A DNA stretch of 63,994 nt, counting the filler, from Dimargaris cristalligena (Eukaryota), in the NCBI GenBank assembly GCA_003614675.1. It is 6 parts of 6 records of this genome, joined end to end, with 100 filler letters (N's around TTAATTAATTAA, not from the genome) between each part and the next. Parts side by side here need not be neighbours in the genome. Positions count along the whole stretch, not along the records: positions 32,839 to 43,677 come from ML003148.1; positions 43,778 to 54,603 come from ML003149.1; 4 more parts are not named here. The stretch is one strand, 5' to 3'. The translations under genes were made by a program, and so were the position numbers. The notes beneath the pieces are model-generated. The model did no database searches. It saw only the letters and a list, made by a program, of their open reading frames with translations, and had not been told where the DNA came from. Shown here piece after piece: positions 39,498 to 52,714 of the stretch. How positions within the stretch are numbered: position 1 is the first letter of the stretch; each line of letters opens with the position of its first letter.

Positions 39498-40786
39498 ACT
39501 TCGACATCGCTCACTCATCCCAGCGTGAGCACCATTTGCTGCAAAGGCATAACTATGGATCTAGAGTGCATAAGCATCACAGGATAGAGTATAATAACTA
39601 GTTAGTCTCATGGAAAGGGAAATCGTCCTGACCCTTGGCTGTACAGCAATTGTCCAGACAAGTTTTTAGAAGGTCAAAATCTGGTCTTTAAAACTGATTG
39701 CAAATTCTTATGTGTGGGCTGTGTGGCCCACAACAAAGTACACTGTTACCTAAAAGGCGACCAGATTATGAATGTGCCATATAGCCCTGAAGCAGTAAAA
39801 CAGCTGGTGGGCATTATTGCTGAGAACTAATTAATTGGGTTTCAATAAATCTGGCATTAACACATAGTATTTGCATTCATGACATACGTAAACTTAGTAG
39901 GGAATGAGTGGTAGTGGTGTAAAGGTCGTATTTATATTAAAATGGAATAGTTTGGGTTATTTTAAAAAAAAGAATCTGAAATTATTAGGAGGTGTTGGAA
40001 GTGCTAGCACATTAAAGGGATTAAGAAGCTAGGCTGGTACCTTTTTATATAGTCAATATCAATCCAGTGATAGGTGTAAGTAGGTAACTGATAAACATGG
40101 CATACTGAACCTTCAAGGAGTGATATTCTTTGTGATGCACCAGTATCTCACTCATGAGATGGTGAATAACTAGATAAGGTTAGGTTAGGGCTGTTTAAAG
40201 TTATTGACCAGGCAAATAAAGGGGTAGTTCCTAGTTAGGTCCTAGGTGGCTATAATAGACCTTAGATTTCTAATGGTATGTCCAGGGCTGTGGCCCTAGT
40301 TATATCAGCAGTATTCAGGTGAGCCAAATTGCTTTGGTGGCTGGGGTTAACCTCTACAATGGCCAAAGGTCTAGTAGTACCCTGGCTAACCATAGTGACT
40401 ATTTATAAACCCATTCCCCTTCCAAATTTATCCACAGCATTCACCACTATTTATTACAAACTCAATTTATCTAACTCCACCCACCCACTTACTATTAAGC
40501 TCAGAGCCATCTTTGCCCCACCACCACCTCATTCAGTTTTCAATTGCTCCCAACCACTCTAATCACCATCAAAATATATAACTAGCTTACTATAATATCA
40601 CTAATCTTAGCTATCCTGGATTTCCAGTCCCTTACTATTATGGTAGTACTGCCTGTACATAAGAAATCCTTAATAATGAAAATTATAAATATGGATAATA
40701 GACTTTTTAATACATCATAATCCAGCTGGCTTAGACATTCAATCCAATTAGGCCTTATAGTACTGCATTAACATTTCCATAGTGAT

Positions 40787-40926
40787 TGTAAAGAACTGAA
40801 ATCAAAACTTTGAAAACTGAACTTTATTTAAAAAAATAGAAGATAAGAAGGGAAAGGTAATGATAGACTTGCTGTTCCAAGAGGTGGCAGCAAGGGGGAG
40901 TATTTATACTTGAAAGGGGAATCCTA
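40787..40926 (-). repeat. Partial LTR-like repeat abutting the right inverted-repeat arm
   Basis: Shares its terminus with 32684-32738; on the minus strand has TATAAATA, AATAAA and ends in ..TTTACA. Confidence 0.55.
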
Positions 40927-43677
40927 AATGTAAGGTTGCGAAGAGCGCTTTATAGATAGTAGTAGTGCCGGGTATCGATATAGGGGTGGATTAACTAGTA
41001 AAAGGGGGTATGAGGTGCAACTAATTAACTAAAGAATACCTATAGGAATTGGCTCAGCTTTATATAGCCGAGCAAACTAATGATAAAGGCGTCGAACCAG
41101 TGTAGAAGATGCTGGAGGATGCTATTAGATAGTGGTATAAAGGATAGCTAATAATGGATGAATATAATGAATATGGGGGAAATGCGGCCCAGTTGTATAG
41201 GGTTTTGAATTACATGTGTACGAGAAGATAAGCGGGATAGTTATATTTAACCAGTATTAAACATCGCCCAGCTCGTTTAATCTGAGTTATGCCTTTCATC
41301 ATGGGAATAATTCGTCAGGATGGACTGAGATACACTATCATGGGGACTAGGCCAATTGTAATAATTCAAAAATGTAGTCCAGACCCGCCAGTTAGCGGCC
41401 CCCATAATTTCGTCCTGACTAAATCCGAGCTGGTGGGCAGTAATGGCAGTGGCCGCACAGATGGAATGGGCCAAGAATATATCCATATCGATTTTTGCTT
41501 CCCCCAGCAGATGTTTCACCCAGTTTCCAAGGGTATCCATTGACGCGTTGGTACCTTTTCTGGTGATAAATAAGGCCCGGTGGCCCGGGCAACGCCAAGG
41601 GAGAGATTGCTCGATGTAGGCGAGAGTATTTCAAACGGGACATAGCCCATGGTTATGTTCAAGGGCCTCAATCGTAATGGACTTTCGCTGGCCTTCTTTG
41701 ACGTGATAGGCAGTAATGGTTAGGACATCTGGCTTACCGGATATGTGAGATACCTTGATGTTATCAATTGTTACCCGGGCAAAGTCACTCCGGGGGCGCC
41801 ACATGGTGGATAAACACAGTAGTGCAATGACCTTCTGGCTGTATTTATGCCAGGGCAACTCGTTGGTACTGGGAAGTTCGGCAAGATAGTCAACCAGTTG
41901 CCCTACCTTCCAAATCGGTGGTTTCTCTTTGGGTATAACCTTACGGCTCCAATTTCGAATGAAAAGATTTAAATGACGGTGCTTAGAAACTGCACAGTCC
42001 GGGTACCCGGTTTCCCAAGTGGAAATAATCGCAGCTTTATGGAGCTTGACGATATGAATACTCGAAGATTGGATTAACTCGGACAAGTAATCGAGTAATG
42101 TTATGGAATAAGGGTAGCAGTGATCCTTTTCCTGTTGTATATACCAATGGGCAAATTATTGCCAGGCATATTGGTAGGCCTTATTGGTGTTTTCCCGGAG
42201 CCCATTGTAGATACTGGTGGCAACTGTCGGTGGTATGCCCTGCTGTGCCAACATTTTCCGGATATCTTCCAAGTGATTAGCAGGAGGCGGGGAGTCCGGA
42301 TGACCTGGGGTTGGTCCACAATCATTGGTAATAGGCGGGGATACCATGACTGTGTCCGCCAAAACGGGGTTATTAGGACTAGGGTTATCTTTTCCTGGTA
42401 GACCCGATTGATTACTCGGTGGACCTGGTTCCAGGGTGGAAATATATAACCATTTTCCTGAGGCCAAGGGTACTGGTACGCGTCCTTTGGTGAACTGTCA
42501 CCCATGTGGTACAAGTGGTAGTACCTGGTCAACTGGTGGTTGATGGGACTGGCAAACAGGTCGATGTTGAATGGACCCCACCACTGGTTTAGCGGATGGA
42601 ATACCCGGTGGGGTAGCTGCATTTCACGGTATGCTGGTACCTGCTGACTCAATTGATCAGCCTCGGTGTTAATTATCCCCGGAATATGGGTCGCCATTAG
42701 TGTTAGATTTTTGTACACCAGTTCGTGGTTAATTTTGAGGGCTAGAGATTGGAGGGCTGGGACCCGGGTCCCACCCTGGTAGTTAATATATTTCAGGACA
42801 GTAGTATTGTCAGTTTTCAATAGAACTGCCTGATAGTGGACCAATGGGGGTAACTGGATTAATGCCAAATAGGCTGCCCATAGTTCCTTCCATTTTCTGG
42901 ACATCAGCTGTTCCTCTGGGTTCCAAAGCCCCGCTTGATGTAATCCTGGGGCTACTATTCTATACCCAGTGTCCGATACATTGGTATAGATGGCCATAGT
43001 GGTTATATCGGGGAGATGTACTGGCTTCCCCATGTTGAGCTGGGCCTGGTGATACCACCAGTTGAGTTCCTGGATTGCCACTGGGGTAAGAGTGATTAAT
43101 TCTTTCCAGGTTTTGTTATGCCTAATGAGGTACTGTTGTAATTCCTGCAGATAGATTAATCCATTGGGAATAGCTGGTAGGGTTGACATCAATGTTCCCA
43201 GGACTAAGGCCACCTTCCGGGCTAGTAGTGATTTGGTTTTCAAGTACCTACATACCCACTGAATCAATTTGCATTTCCTTAGAGGTAATATAACCTTTAT
43301 TTGCTGGGTATTGATGGTCATACCCAGAAATTCCATGACTTAGGCTGGAGTAAGGACTGACTTCTTCCAGTTAATGGGAAATCTCAGTATCTAGAGATGA
43401 TCGAGTACTGTGACCAGATCAGCCTGGGCCTGTGAGTGAGTGGGTGATATGATGGCAATGCCATCTAGGTAATAGGATAGGTGTGGTGAACTTACCACAT
43501 TTTTTACTTACTTTTATTTTTAATCCATTTTTTGCACTTATCGGAAGTATGCCCCTGATGAGTGAATGAGCCCCCGCCCCTGCCCCTGATGAGTGAATGA
43601 GCCCCTGCCCCTGCCCCTGATAAGTATAGTCATTTTTCCTCCATTTTCATTATTATATTGTTTTTCCTATTATTATA
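40927..43677 (-). repeat. Right arm of the 2751-bp inverted repeat
   Basis: Reverse complement of 32839-35589, running exactly to the contig end. Confidence 0.95.
41277..43480 (-). mobile_element. Second, identical copy of the inactivated DIRS-type element
   Basis: ORFs 42101-43336, 41631-42086, 41277-41540 have the same translations as 33180-34415, 34430-34885, 34976-35239. Confidence 0.9.
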
Positions 43678-43777
43678 NNNNNNNNNNNNNNNNNNNNNNN
43701 NNNNNNNNNNNNNNNNNNNNNTTAATTAATTAANNNNNNNNNNNNNNNNNNNNNNNNNNNNNNNNNNNNNNNNNNNN
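43678..43777. other. Artificial contig linker
   Basis: N44-TTAATTAATTAA-N44. Confidence 0.97.
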
Positions 43778-45690
43778 AAAATGCGGGTGAAATGACTCAC
43801 GGGTCGTGCTGGGCCCCCTCCCGTGACATCCGATGGAAGTAAGGGGGACGACCCGACGGGGTCGCTCAGCACACCCATGGAATCTGCGGCGGCTCGCTGC
43901 TGGGGGTTAATTTTTAACCGCACCACTAAGCGGTTGGGTGAAGGAGGTGGAGGTTGCTTGGGAGAAGAGACCGCGGCAACCGGTGGAGATACCTGTGCAA
44001 GTGAGGCAGGGTCAGGGGCGGTAACGGACGATTTGGGTATCCTAATGACTGGAATGGTGGGGTTCAGGGTGAATGGGTTGGGGGTAAATGGATTCGGAGT
44101 GGGAGCCGGAGTAGGTTGGACCTGACTTGGGATAGCCGGGGACGAAGAACCTAGTGAAGTTGCCGAATTTAGTGGCGGGGATCGGTCGGGGATGGAAGTA
44201 AAAACCGAGTCCACCAACGATTTAACGCTGTCTTCCACGGCGAACGGGTAGGCCGGATCGGACGATGGTAACTGGCCCGCAGTGGTAGCACTGCCCGTGT
44301 TACCCGAGGATTTGCTCTTCTGACGACGCCGGTAAAACCATTTAGTCAGTTGACTTTCGGAAAGGTTCAGTCGATCGGCCAGTTGTCGTCGGAATTCCAG
44401 CGTAGGCGCCGAGTTCCGGAAATAAACGCACTCTAGAACCTGGTTTTGAAAGGGGGTGAAGAATACCCGGGGGCGGCGCCCAGCGGACATGTCCGGGGAA
44501 GCAGACGCATTGGCGGAGGCTTCGGATTCGTATAACAGGGGGTCTGGACTTGTAATTTGCGGTGATGAAGACGCTATACTCGAGACAATGGTCATGGCTG
44601 GCGAGGCTGATATAGGCCCCATAGTAGACGCCATGTTAGCAACCCTCGGGGAAATGCTGGCTGGATGAGGGATATTGGTTAACACAGCGCTAGAAGTCGG
44701 GGAAGAGGTGGCGGCCACCGGTGAGGGTTGGGGGGCTCCCGTGGCAACATTCTCTGTTATGAGAGGGGTGGTTGGCGTAGGGGTTAAAGTCGTCAGTGGG
44801 TGGGTCGATGTGGGCACTGGCAATGATACATTTACGGGCATCTCTCTAGGGACGGGCACCGGCACGGGTTCGGGGGACTCGGAGGCGTCAAACTCGATGC
44901 ACAAGTCGTTGTGAAAGTCAGTATTGGCCGGTGGTGGCGGCTGGATAGGGGAGGCGTAAAACTCAGATGTGCTGGCAACCACAGTTGGGACGGGTGCCTG
45001 AACCTGGGGGATAACCCCGCCCATTAGAGCCTGAATTCGTTGCAAAACCTGGTGGGCCTGGTGGGGTGGTAAATGATTCAATTGATTTTGGAGCTCAGCC
45101 AAGCCATTGGGCTGGCTTAATAAAGCGATTAGTTCCATGTGGAAGTTGGAGTTCATCCCGGGACTCGCTGCTGCGATGGCCATATTGGGACCAAGCCCGG
45201 TCACCCCTGACCTGGAGGCTGCGGCTGCAGCCATAAGGGCAGGGTTAGAAGCAGCGATGTTTTGGGGGGCCACTGGCACTGTTAATAATGGAGGAGCGGT
45301 CCGATTACCTGCACCGTACATGGCGGCAGTATTAGGTGGTACGATGGGACCACCAGCGGCCAGACGGGGAGAGTACATCCCCGCTCCCCCTAGGGCGGTC
45401 ATATCCGGTGCTAGTGACGCAACGGGCGAGGCGCCCACCCCCATACCTGTACTGCCGGGGTTGCCGGCCGCCACCCCGCGCATATAGTGGGGCACCTGAG
45501 GGGCGTATGTGACGCCTGGTGAGGCTCCATTGGGGGGCATACTACCCACCAGGGCTGGGGGAACGGGTCGAGTCAAGTAACTCTCATCAGATTCTACATG
45601 GGGCATGTAATTTTGGGGTGAGTTAGTAGAAGTAGGACCCTTGGTTTGGGCTACATTCCACGGAAACATTGGATTCTCCCACCCTTCCAT
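43778..45690 (-). CDS. Homeodomain transcription factor (Pro/Ser/Ala-rich), C-terminus truncated by contig end
   Basis: Homeodomain at about 44302-44481: GRRPRVFFTPFQNQVLECVYFRNSAPTLEFRRQLADRLNLSESQLTKWFYRRRQKSK with canonical R5, F8, Q12, L16, P26, L34, L38, L40, W48, F49, R53. Confidence 0.85.
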
Positions 45691-48555
45691 TGGGGATTAT
45701 GCAGGAAGCTGTGCTGTCCCCTTTTAAGTATAGAAAAAAGCAGCAACTGAAAGGTCAGGAATTCGGTTAAACGAATAAAGGAATGAACAACTGGAGAATG
45801 CAAATAATACAAAATAAGAATAAAACAAGTGGCCACAGCCAAAATGCGGAAACGATATGAGTAATAGAACTGGAGAGTTGTACAGGCTATCCCCAGGATG
45901 CTTATTTTTTCCTCGCCAAGCGGAGTGTGGTTGGCCGTCTGGAAGGATCCAGCGGTCGATTTTAACTTAAGGATGAATAGGTCAACCTAACTGAGAGATT
46001 GGGAGAGATTGAGGGTATCTCCTTTCAGCTTAAGTTCTTAGTTATTAAAGAAACAGAAGGAGTGTAATAAAAAACGCCCTTTTAGATAGGATTGATTTGG
46101 CTTCTACGGCCGTACATACAACCCGCAGGTACAAAGGACTGGTGGGTGGTATACTTAAACAATAGGGCTGGGATGAACAGGAAGAATAGCAATTGCAAGG
46201 ACAATGTTACCAAACCGGACCGTTAGAGCGATATATAATGTTACTTTAGGAAACGGCAAGTTAGATTTCCTTTGAAAGTTAACAATCAAGTATTCTAGTG
46301 GGAAAGAGAGCAAGCGGATAAGGGGAAGAAGGGGGATAGGAAGAAGGTTATACACGCACCTAAAGTGGGCTGGGAAATAAATAGGAGAAGAGAGGAAAAA
46401 CTTGGGATTTCGGTGACACACACACCTAATAAAATGGGCATATACTCTCTCTCCTCACGTTCAAAGTATGCGCATACAGTTACAGTTGCAGAATGGGAAA
46501 AATCGGCGGGGCACGCAGGGGAAAACCTAGGATAGGGTGGAAAACGTAATATCCAGTGAAAAAGACCCGCTGTTATACAGTAGATTCTACGGAAGAAAAT
46601 CCAAAGAGGTCTCGAGTCACAGTGAAATAAAGGGAATGCACAAAACGGAAGGGTCAAGCCAAATGGGAGGCAAATAAGGTCGCGAATTATCTGGGGAGAA
46701 GTTGTTACACGGAATAGTAGTAAAAGAGAGAGCGAACCAGACACACAGAGAGTAGTACGTTGAAGACAGTAGTAGTAGCTCTTGTAGTCGGGAAGGCCAA
46801 GGGGCGGGGAATACTCTAGGAATGGTCAAAGGCCTGGGTTTCACCTACACGTTCCTATTTTCTTTTTGAAAACCAGTTAACTATGAATGGAGCGAATGTA
46901 GAGGAGGGCCGCCTCCTTCTGGCGAGGGGTATTTAACCCCGGCTACCAAATGGACGGAAGGAGGGGACAATCACACCCTTGAAAACAGCCAAGTCTCTGA
47001 ATAAGCCAATGAAGGACCTACACCCCACCTGCTGTGACTATGGTGTAGAATAACCTCGTAGTCAATAAAGGGGGGAAGAGCAGAGCAGACAAAACCCACT
47101 CACTATGGAGGTTTTGGTTTTGGTTACAAGCTAGACAAAGGGCTTGATGGAAATGCGATAACAAGCTGCCTTGCCTTTGGAATGTGGTTGCGAGTAACGA
47201 AAAGTAAAGACCGGGTTGTGGTGTACAAAGTAGGACGAAACAGCCCTTATAGGAGGAGGGGTGGATAAAAGAAAGGCGCGTGGCTCGCAGTATAACAATG
47301 GAGAGAATGAATAGAAAAAAAGGCATTAGTCCAACTCTGGGGTAGTTGTTGAAGCAAGAACACACATTACATTTAAGATTGGTGATAAATCGACTACTAC
47401 TGCAACTACAGTCGTGCTTTAAAATCATTCTTGGAGAGGGCCGTGGTGTACATCTGAGATGCACTAAATTCCCTTTTCTTGGCTACTAACCCCTCTTCCA
47501 AGAAGTTACCACAAAATGCACTTGTTTGGTTGAGGTCGGCGATTAGGGCGGGATGCTACGCTAAATATCCCATCTTTAGAGGTTTGCCTTGGCGGCTTAA
47601 ACGGTATGGTATCATCGCCTAAAGACGGCTCCCATGGAGGTTTGCTGAGCTTAATACCGCCAAGCAATTAATTACTTGGATTCCCTGCGCAGGAACTTCC
47701 TGGTGGGCAATCGTGGGTTTGGTTGGCGGGATACTCTTCGCCCGTTAGGTCATTATTATTCATCCATGCAGCCCAATCTAGTAGACCGGAGTCACCACCA
47801 TTCGTTGAAGTGACTGTCTGGCTAAGCTTTACTCCCCCATGAATAAACCCGAACTGGTGTGGTGGTAGTGATCATTCCTAAGTAACTACTACATTATATT
47901 GTATATTCTATGCTATTCCTTCTGCCTTAACAACAAGCCGCTGCTTCCTTGGCCGGTTCCGTCGCTGTTTGGGCTCCCCGTTGATGGTCACGACCTCCTC
48001 ACAGTACAGTGCCTGCCTGTGCAACCGCCGTCTGACACGACTTGGCCAACGAAAAGCGCAGGGTGTGCAACCCAGCTGACGAGCGACGCCATGGCCTAAA
48101 TGTATAGGTAGTTTTGTTGTCTGCTGCCCCAAAGGGCCTTGTTGAATAAAGAGAAAGAGAATGAGAGAGAGAGTCTTTGAGTTCCTGTCACATTATTACG
48201 CCTCGCACCCCCTCTCAACACACTCTCCATATGTGTGTTCCTGGCCCTTCAATCTACCCCATCCAATTAGACACGCGTGGTATTTTCCCTCAGAGGTTGT
48301 GAGTTCACTACACCATAGATAGATATATATATATATAAACTGGGGTAATCGTACACCTTCATCGCCCTAGACTTAGATAATCCCTGCTCCGTTTGTTGGC
48401 TTACTGGTCCTAGTGCCCCCTTGAATGCCCCATACTCTCCCACATTGACTACGCTTATCCTTCTGCTTCCCCTCTGGTTACTTTCTCTTTCCCTCTCTTT
48501 ATCTCCCCATTTCCGTCCCGTTCCTTATTTACCGCCAATCCCTACTCTCTTCACC

Positions 48556-49334
48556 ATGTCCAGCAACCAAGGTATCCAGACCCTACTCGAGGCCGAGAAG
48601 GAGGCCGCCAAGACCGTCGACCGCGCCCGTCAATGTAAGTACTTCTATATTCTTCCTTCGCCTGGCATGACCCCCCCCCCTCATTCAACGACCCTACCAT
48701 CCTTCGCTCGGGTCATTCGTTTACACGGGACCCACTCTGTCAACCCACACGCCATGCCCCCTCTTAGGAACCGTCATCTCATCTCTATATACCCCTTCCC
48801 TACCTACCCTCAATTACCCCCACAAAACCCGATAGACCGCGTCCAGAAGCTCAAGGACGCCCGCTCGGAAGCCGCCAAGGAAATTGACGAGCTGAAGGCC
48901 CGCAAGACCGCCGAACTCGCCCAGTACGAGCAGCAGGTGAGTAAAATACCCCAGCATAGCCCCGGAGCTGGACTCGCTTCATTATGCCTATCATATCCAA
49001 CTCTCCCGGGCTTCAATGCATCCGTATATTGCATTAAACCTGTTCTATAAAGTGGTACACTCTATTATACTCCCTGTGGTTTAATCCCCGAACCCTTACT
49101 CATAACGAACCCATCGAACGTCTAACCTCACTTGCCCCATGCTACCTTGTCCTCTATCAGCACACCGGCTCCAGCGGCCAGCTGGCTTCCGAAATCGAGG
49201 TGAACACCCAAAACGAAATTAACCAGCTCGAGCAGGCCTTCAACACCCACCGGGAAGAAGTCCTCAACAAGCTGCTGGAGATCGTTACCAAGGTGGACCC
49301 CCAGATCCACCCCAATGCCAAACCGGTCGAGTAA
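48556..49334 (+). CDS. VMA10: V-type H+-ATPase subunit G (3 exons, 117 aa)
   Basis: Exons 48556-48634, 48836-48936, 49161-49334; MSSNQGIQTLLEAEKEAAKTVDRARQYRVQKLKDARSEAAKEI...VDPQIHPNA. Confidence 0.96.
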
Positions 49335-49802
49335 CTGCTAGGTTTCTCTGTGACCAAGCCACTATCCCTACCGCTCCTAACTGCCTCTATATAGGCTGTC
49401 CACAACCCGGCCGCTCTACCTTGTTGCCTACCTCTCAGTATTTTTACATGGACCAGTGGCCCCGTTTATTTACACTATCTACCTATCTTTAAAATTGTAC
49501 CCTGTCTGATTAAATGTTGAGACCTAAAATATAATTTGGCAATATGCCGTCCGTGGCCTCTTCCTTAGGCTGAATACAGTACGGTATTTATATTGGCCGG
49601 AATGATATTAATGCCCATGAGAGTAAATATACATCTGAATTGTATCTGGTAGTGTCGCCAATCGACTAGTTTGCTGGTATTTTTAAATTGTGGATTAGGC
49701 GGTTATTATCACATTGGACATGTCCTCATATATTTATATGTATCTAATTTCCTTTTATTAAAAAAACACAGGTTATTTATAAGACTGGCGATATTGGCAT
49801 CG

Positions 49803-51938
49803 CTATGACCAGAGAATGGTAAGGCCAGCCGCGAGGGATGGCCATAGTACGAAACTAGCCAGCGGGTACAACCAAGAACCAAATAGGCGATGTTCAAACA
49901 CTGCGAACTTGATGGCTGTGGTCCAGGGCACTCCACCGCACCAGTCCAATACCAGTAACAGTGCTGGGGGTGAGATGGCCAAGAGCCACACAGTCAACCC
50001 TATCTTCCGCAGACTACTTATTTCGCCAGCGTTAGCTGAAGTTTTCTGGCTGGATGGTGGAGGGGATTGCGGCAATTGCTTCGTAAGAGCAGCCTGCAAT
50101 GCGGCCTGGGCGGCGTCTAATGACCGTGGGGGATGGCCTACCGGGAGCAGAGAAAACGGAACGGCCGTCAACAGGGCGATTAATAGGGCTAGACTGAAAT
50201 TAATCACTGCCGTGGCCGTGGTGACGAGCATTAAAATAAGTAGCACGCCGGTCTTGAGCAGCCGGGTGTCGCAGTGGGTCCGGTAGGATTGCATCACCAC
50301 GCCAAAAGGTGCTGCTGCGGCCAGTAGTGTTAATGCAGCCAGCCACTGGGCTCCCCGGTGATCATTAGGGTTGACCGCAGGCGAAAGCCAGGTGCTGATG
50401 ACAGTTGGCAGCAGGTAAGTGGTTAGGCCAATGCCAAGGTAGAAGAGGGCCAAGACGCGGACCACCACGGGAATGCGGTCCCCGAACGTCATGTAATCAT
50501 AGAGGCGGCGGGGAAATTGCGTAGCGGCCGACTGGAAGAGGTCCGCGGCGTCCACCGCAGTGGCAGTAGCGGCAGGGGTAGTGGTATCAGTGGTAGTAAT
50601 AGGATGCAATGGATAGTACCCGGCGGGGTTCCACCAGCTCAGAAGAATAGTGCACAGAATGCCCGCAGCGACCACCAGAATGGGCGGGATAAAGTCGGCG
50701 ATGGAAATGTATTGCCAGGGGGACGGGAGGAGGTAGATAAAGAACGACTGATGGAAATGTTCGAGGAGGTTACTCAGACTATGGAAGGTCGATTCAATGA
50801 GCCGCCCGACCGAGACGAGCGGGAAGGGGTTGGTCGAGTGTTCATGGGCGGCCTGCAGTTGAATCGTTAGAGCGTCGATTCGGTAGCGGTGAAAAGGCGC
50901 GTGGCCGCCGCGGGTGGCGCCCGTAGCCTGAGCGGCCATGGTGGCCAGCAACGTACGCAGCGATTCTTGGTAATGGGTGGCCAAGAGCGACCAGTTACCG
51001 GGATCGGTGGGGTTTTTGGCGTGGTTAGCCAACAAGGGATGGTGGCTGCGGGGAATATGGTGCAGCGTAAGCGGCAGATCTCCGCGGTGGGCAATACGGA
51101 CCAGAATATTGAGCAAATCGAGGTTGGGCAGTTGGCCGTTCTTGCCTTCGAAAAACAGGCCGAAAGAGTCGAATTGGTCCCCGGCGGGTACTTCGATGGC
51201 CAGCGCGCCCTGAATGGCCCCCGACCGGAGGGTCACGGGCGAAGCGTGCCCCGGCTGGAGTTCCCCGTGGTAGCCACGGAGCCACATTTCGACTCCGACT
51301 TCCCCGCCCTCGGCCACTAATACAATGATATCCTTGGACCAGTAGGGTTGGGTCCGGAAAAAGGCGGCCAGGGACAGGGCCAAACCCACCCCCGCTTCAT
51401 TCCGAGCCATCTCATCGTCGTTGTCGTCAGTAGTAGCACTTGTCTCCCCCGCACTACTCCGCCAGGGCGCCACGAGAACCAGCGCCTCGGTGGTATCGCC
51501 CCGGGGAGCCGTCCAGATGCCGTGGATATTGGTGCCGGCGACGGTGCGGCCGGTTAGGGAGTCGGTATAGTTGAAGCGCTGGGCTTCAGTACGGAAACCG
51601 CTGTAACGCAGAGCCAGTTGGATATAGGCCAACTGCGCGGCGGAACCCCCACTCTCGGACGAGGAGGAGTGACCCAGCTTAACGAGCGCATCCCGATGAG
51701 CGCTGGCCTGAGCGGCCTCGGCCTCCCAGTAGTGGCAGTGGGCCTGATTGGGAAGGAGGGCATTCTCGGATATATAAGTGTTGCGACTGTAGTACACGGA
51801 AGGGAAGACCAGGGGCCATAGCAGTCCAACGGATAGCAACAGGGCGCTGAAGAGGGCTAGGTGACGCTGGAGCAGGAGGACCACCCGATGGACACGCTGG
51901 GCCTTTTGGACCCGCTTCTGATCGGCGGAGGTGGTCAT
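49803..51938 (-). CDS. GAA1: GPI transamidase component Gaa1
   Basis: 711 aa; N-terminal TM then RNTYISENALLP, APRGDTTEALVL, YWSKDII, EGKNGQLPNLDL, LSNLLEHFHQSFFIYLL, multi-TM C-terminus. Confidence 0.95.
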   Translation of the reverse strand: MTTSADQKRVQKAQRVHRVVLLLQRHLALFSALLLSVGLLWPLVFPSVYYSRNTYISENALLPNQAHCHYWEAEAAQASAHRDALVKLGHSSSSESGGSAAQLAYIQLALRYSGFRTEAQRFNYTDSLTGRTVAGTNIHGIWTAPRGDTTEALVLVAPWRSSAGETSATTDDNDDEMARNEAGVGLALSLAAFFRTQPYWSKDIIVLVAEGGEVGVEMWLRGYHGELQPGHASPVTLRSGAIQGALAIEVPAGDQFDSFGLFFEGKNGQLPNLDLLNILVRIAHRGDLPLTLHHIPRSHHPLLANHAKNPTDPGNWSLLATHYQESLRTLLATMAAQATGATRGGHAPFHRYRIDALTIQLQAAHEHSTNPFPLVSVGRLIESTFHSLSNLLEHFHQSFFIYLLPSPWQYISIADFIPPILVVAAGILCTILLSWWNPAGYYPLHPITTTDTTTPAATATAVDAADLFQSAATQFPRRLYDYMTFGDRIPVVVRVLALFYLGIGLTTYLLPTVISTWLSPAVNPNDHRGAQWLAALTLLAAAAPFGVVMQSYRTHCDTRLLKTGVLLILMLVTTATAVINFSLALLIALLTAVPFSLLPVGHPPRSLDAAQAALQAALTKQLPQSPPPSSQKTSANAGEISSLRKIGLTVWLLAISPPALLLVLDWCGGVPWTTAIKFAVFEHRLFGSWLYPLASFVLWPSLAAGLTILWS

Positions 51939-52714
51939 GGTTGACAGGGAAATGGAGATATAGAGAGATGGCGGAGTGGTTTAGAGTTATGAAAGAGACA
52001 AGGTAATCTTCCGGCAGAATAAGAGCCAGGTGGAGTAGACGGAAGGAAAGGGCATGAGCGCTGTTGTGCCGAAAAGACTGGCTCTCGACTGACTGGCTAC
52101 GTGCGCACCCCCTTCTCCACGCTATTCCCTAGCTGGCTTGACTGGCTCAGCGTTTTATCATTCACACCCTTCCTAAGAAGCACAAGGATAAGGGTGGAAG
52201 GAGCAAAGCAGCTAGTATGGCAGCTCTTCCTGCATTCCAAAAGACCCAAGGTTGAACAAAGAAAGACTTGCGCATCATACCCGCTCTTTTCACTCCCGTT
52301 CTTTACATTCCTTTGGCCTAATTTCTCGGTTCGGGCTTTGGTTTTTTATCTGGTTGTTTACCCTAGTCTATCCTATAGCCAGTCCCTCTTTCTCTCTGCT
52401 CTTCGGCCCGATCTGCCCCGTGGATTCTCTCCTCCACCCTACCGGACTAACGAGCTCCACTAGTTTCACCCGGCCCTCGCTACCGCCCCAAACCAAACAA
52501 CAGTGACCTACGTATGTTGGGGCATTCACATACACCACCCCTCTCCGCCCACACTCAGTCTCTCTGTATTGGCCCCCACCATTCCCAACTTAATACTTCA
52601 AACAATACCTCGGTCTCCCCTGCGCAACGCCCCGGCCGCTCTCCGATTGTCTAGTCAGTTGTGTAAACCGCCGACTTCATCCCTTTCCGCATTCACATCG
52701 CCTCCATAGTCGCC

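Noticed and set aside
48421-49050. 209-aa ORF with apparent signal peptide
   Set aside because: Read-through of VMA10 5' UTR, exons and introns
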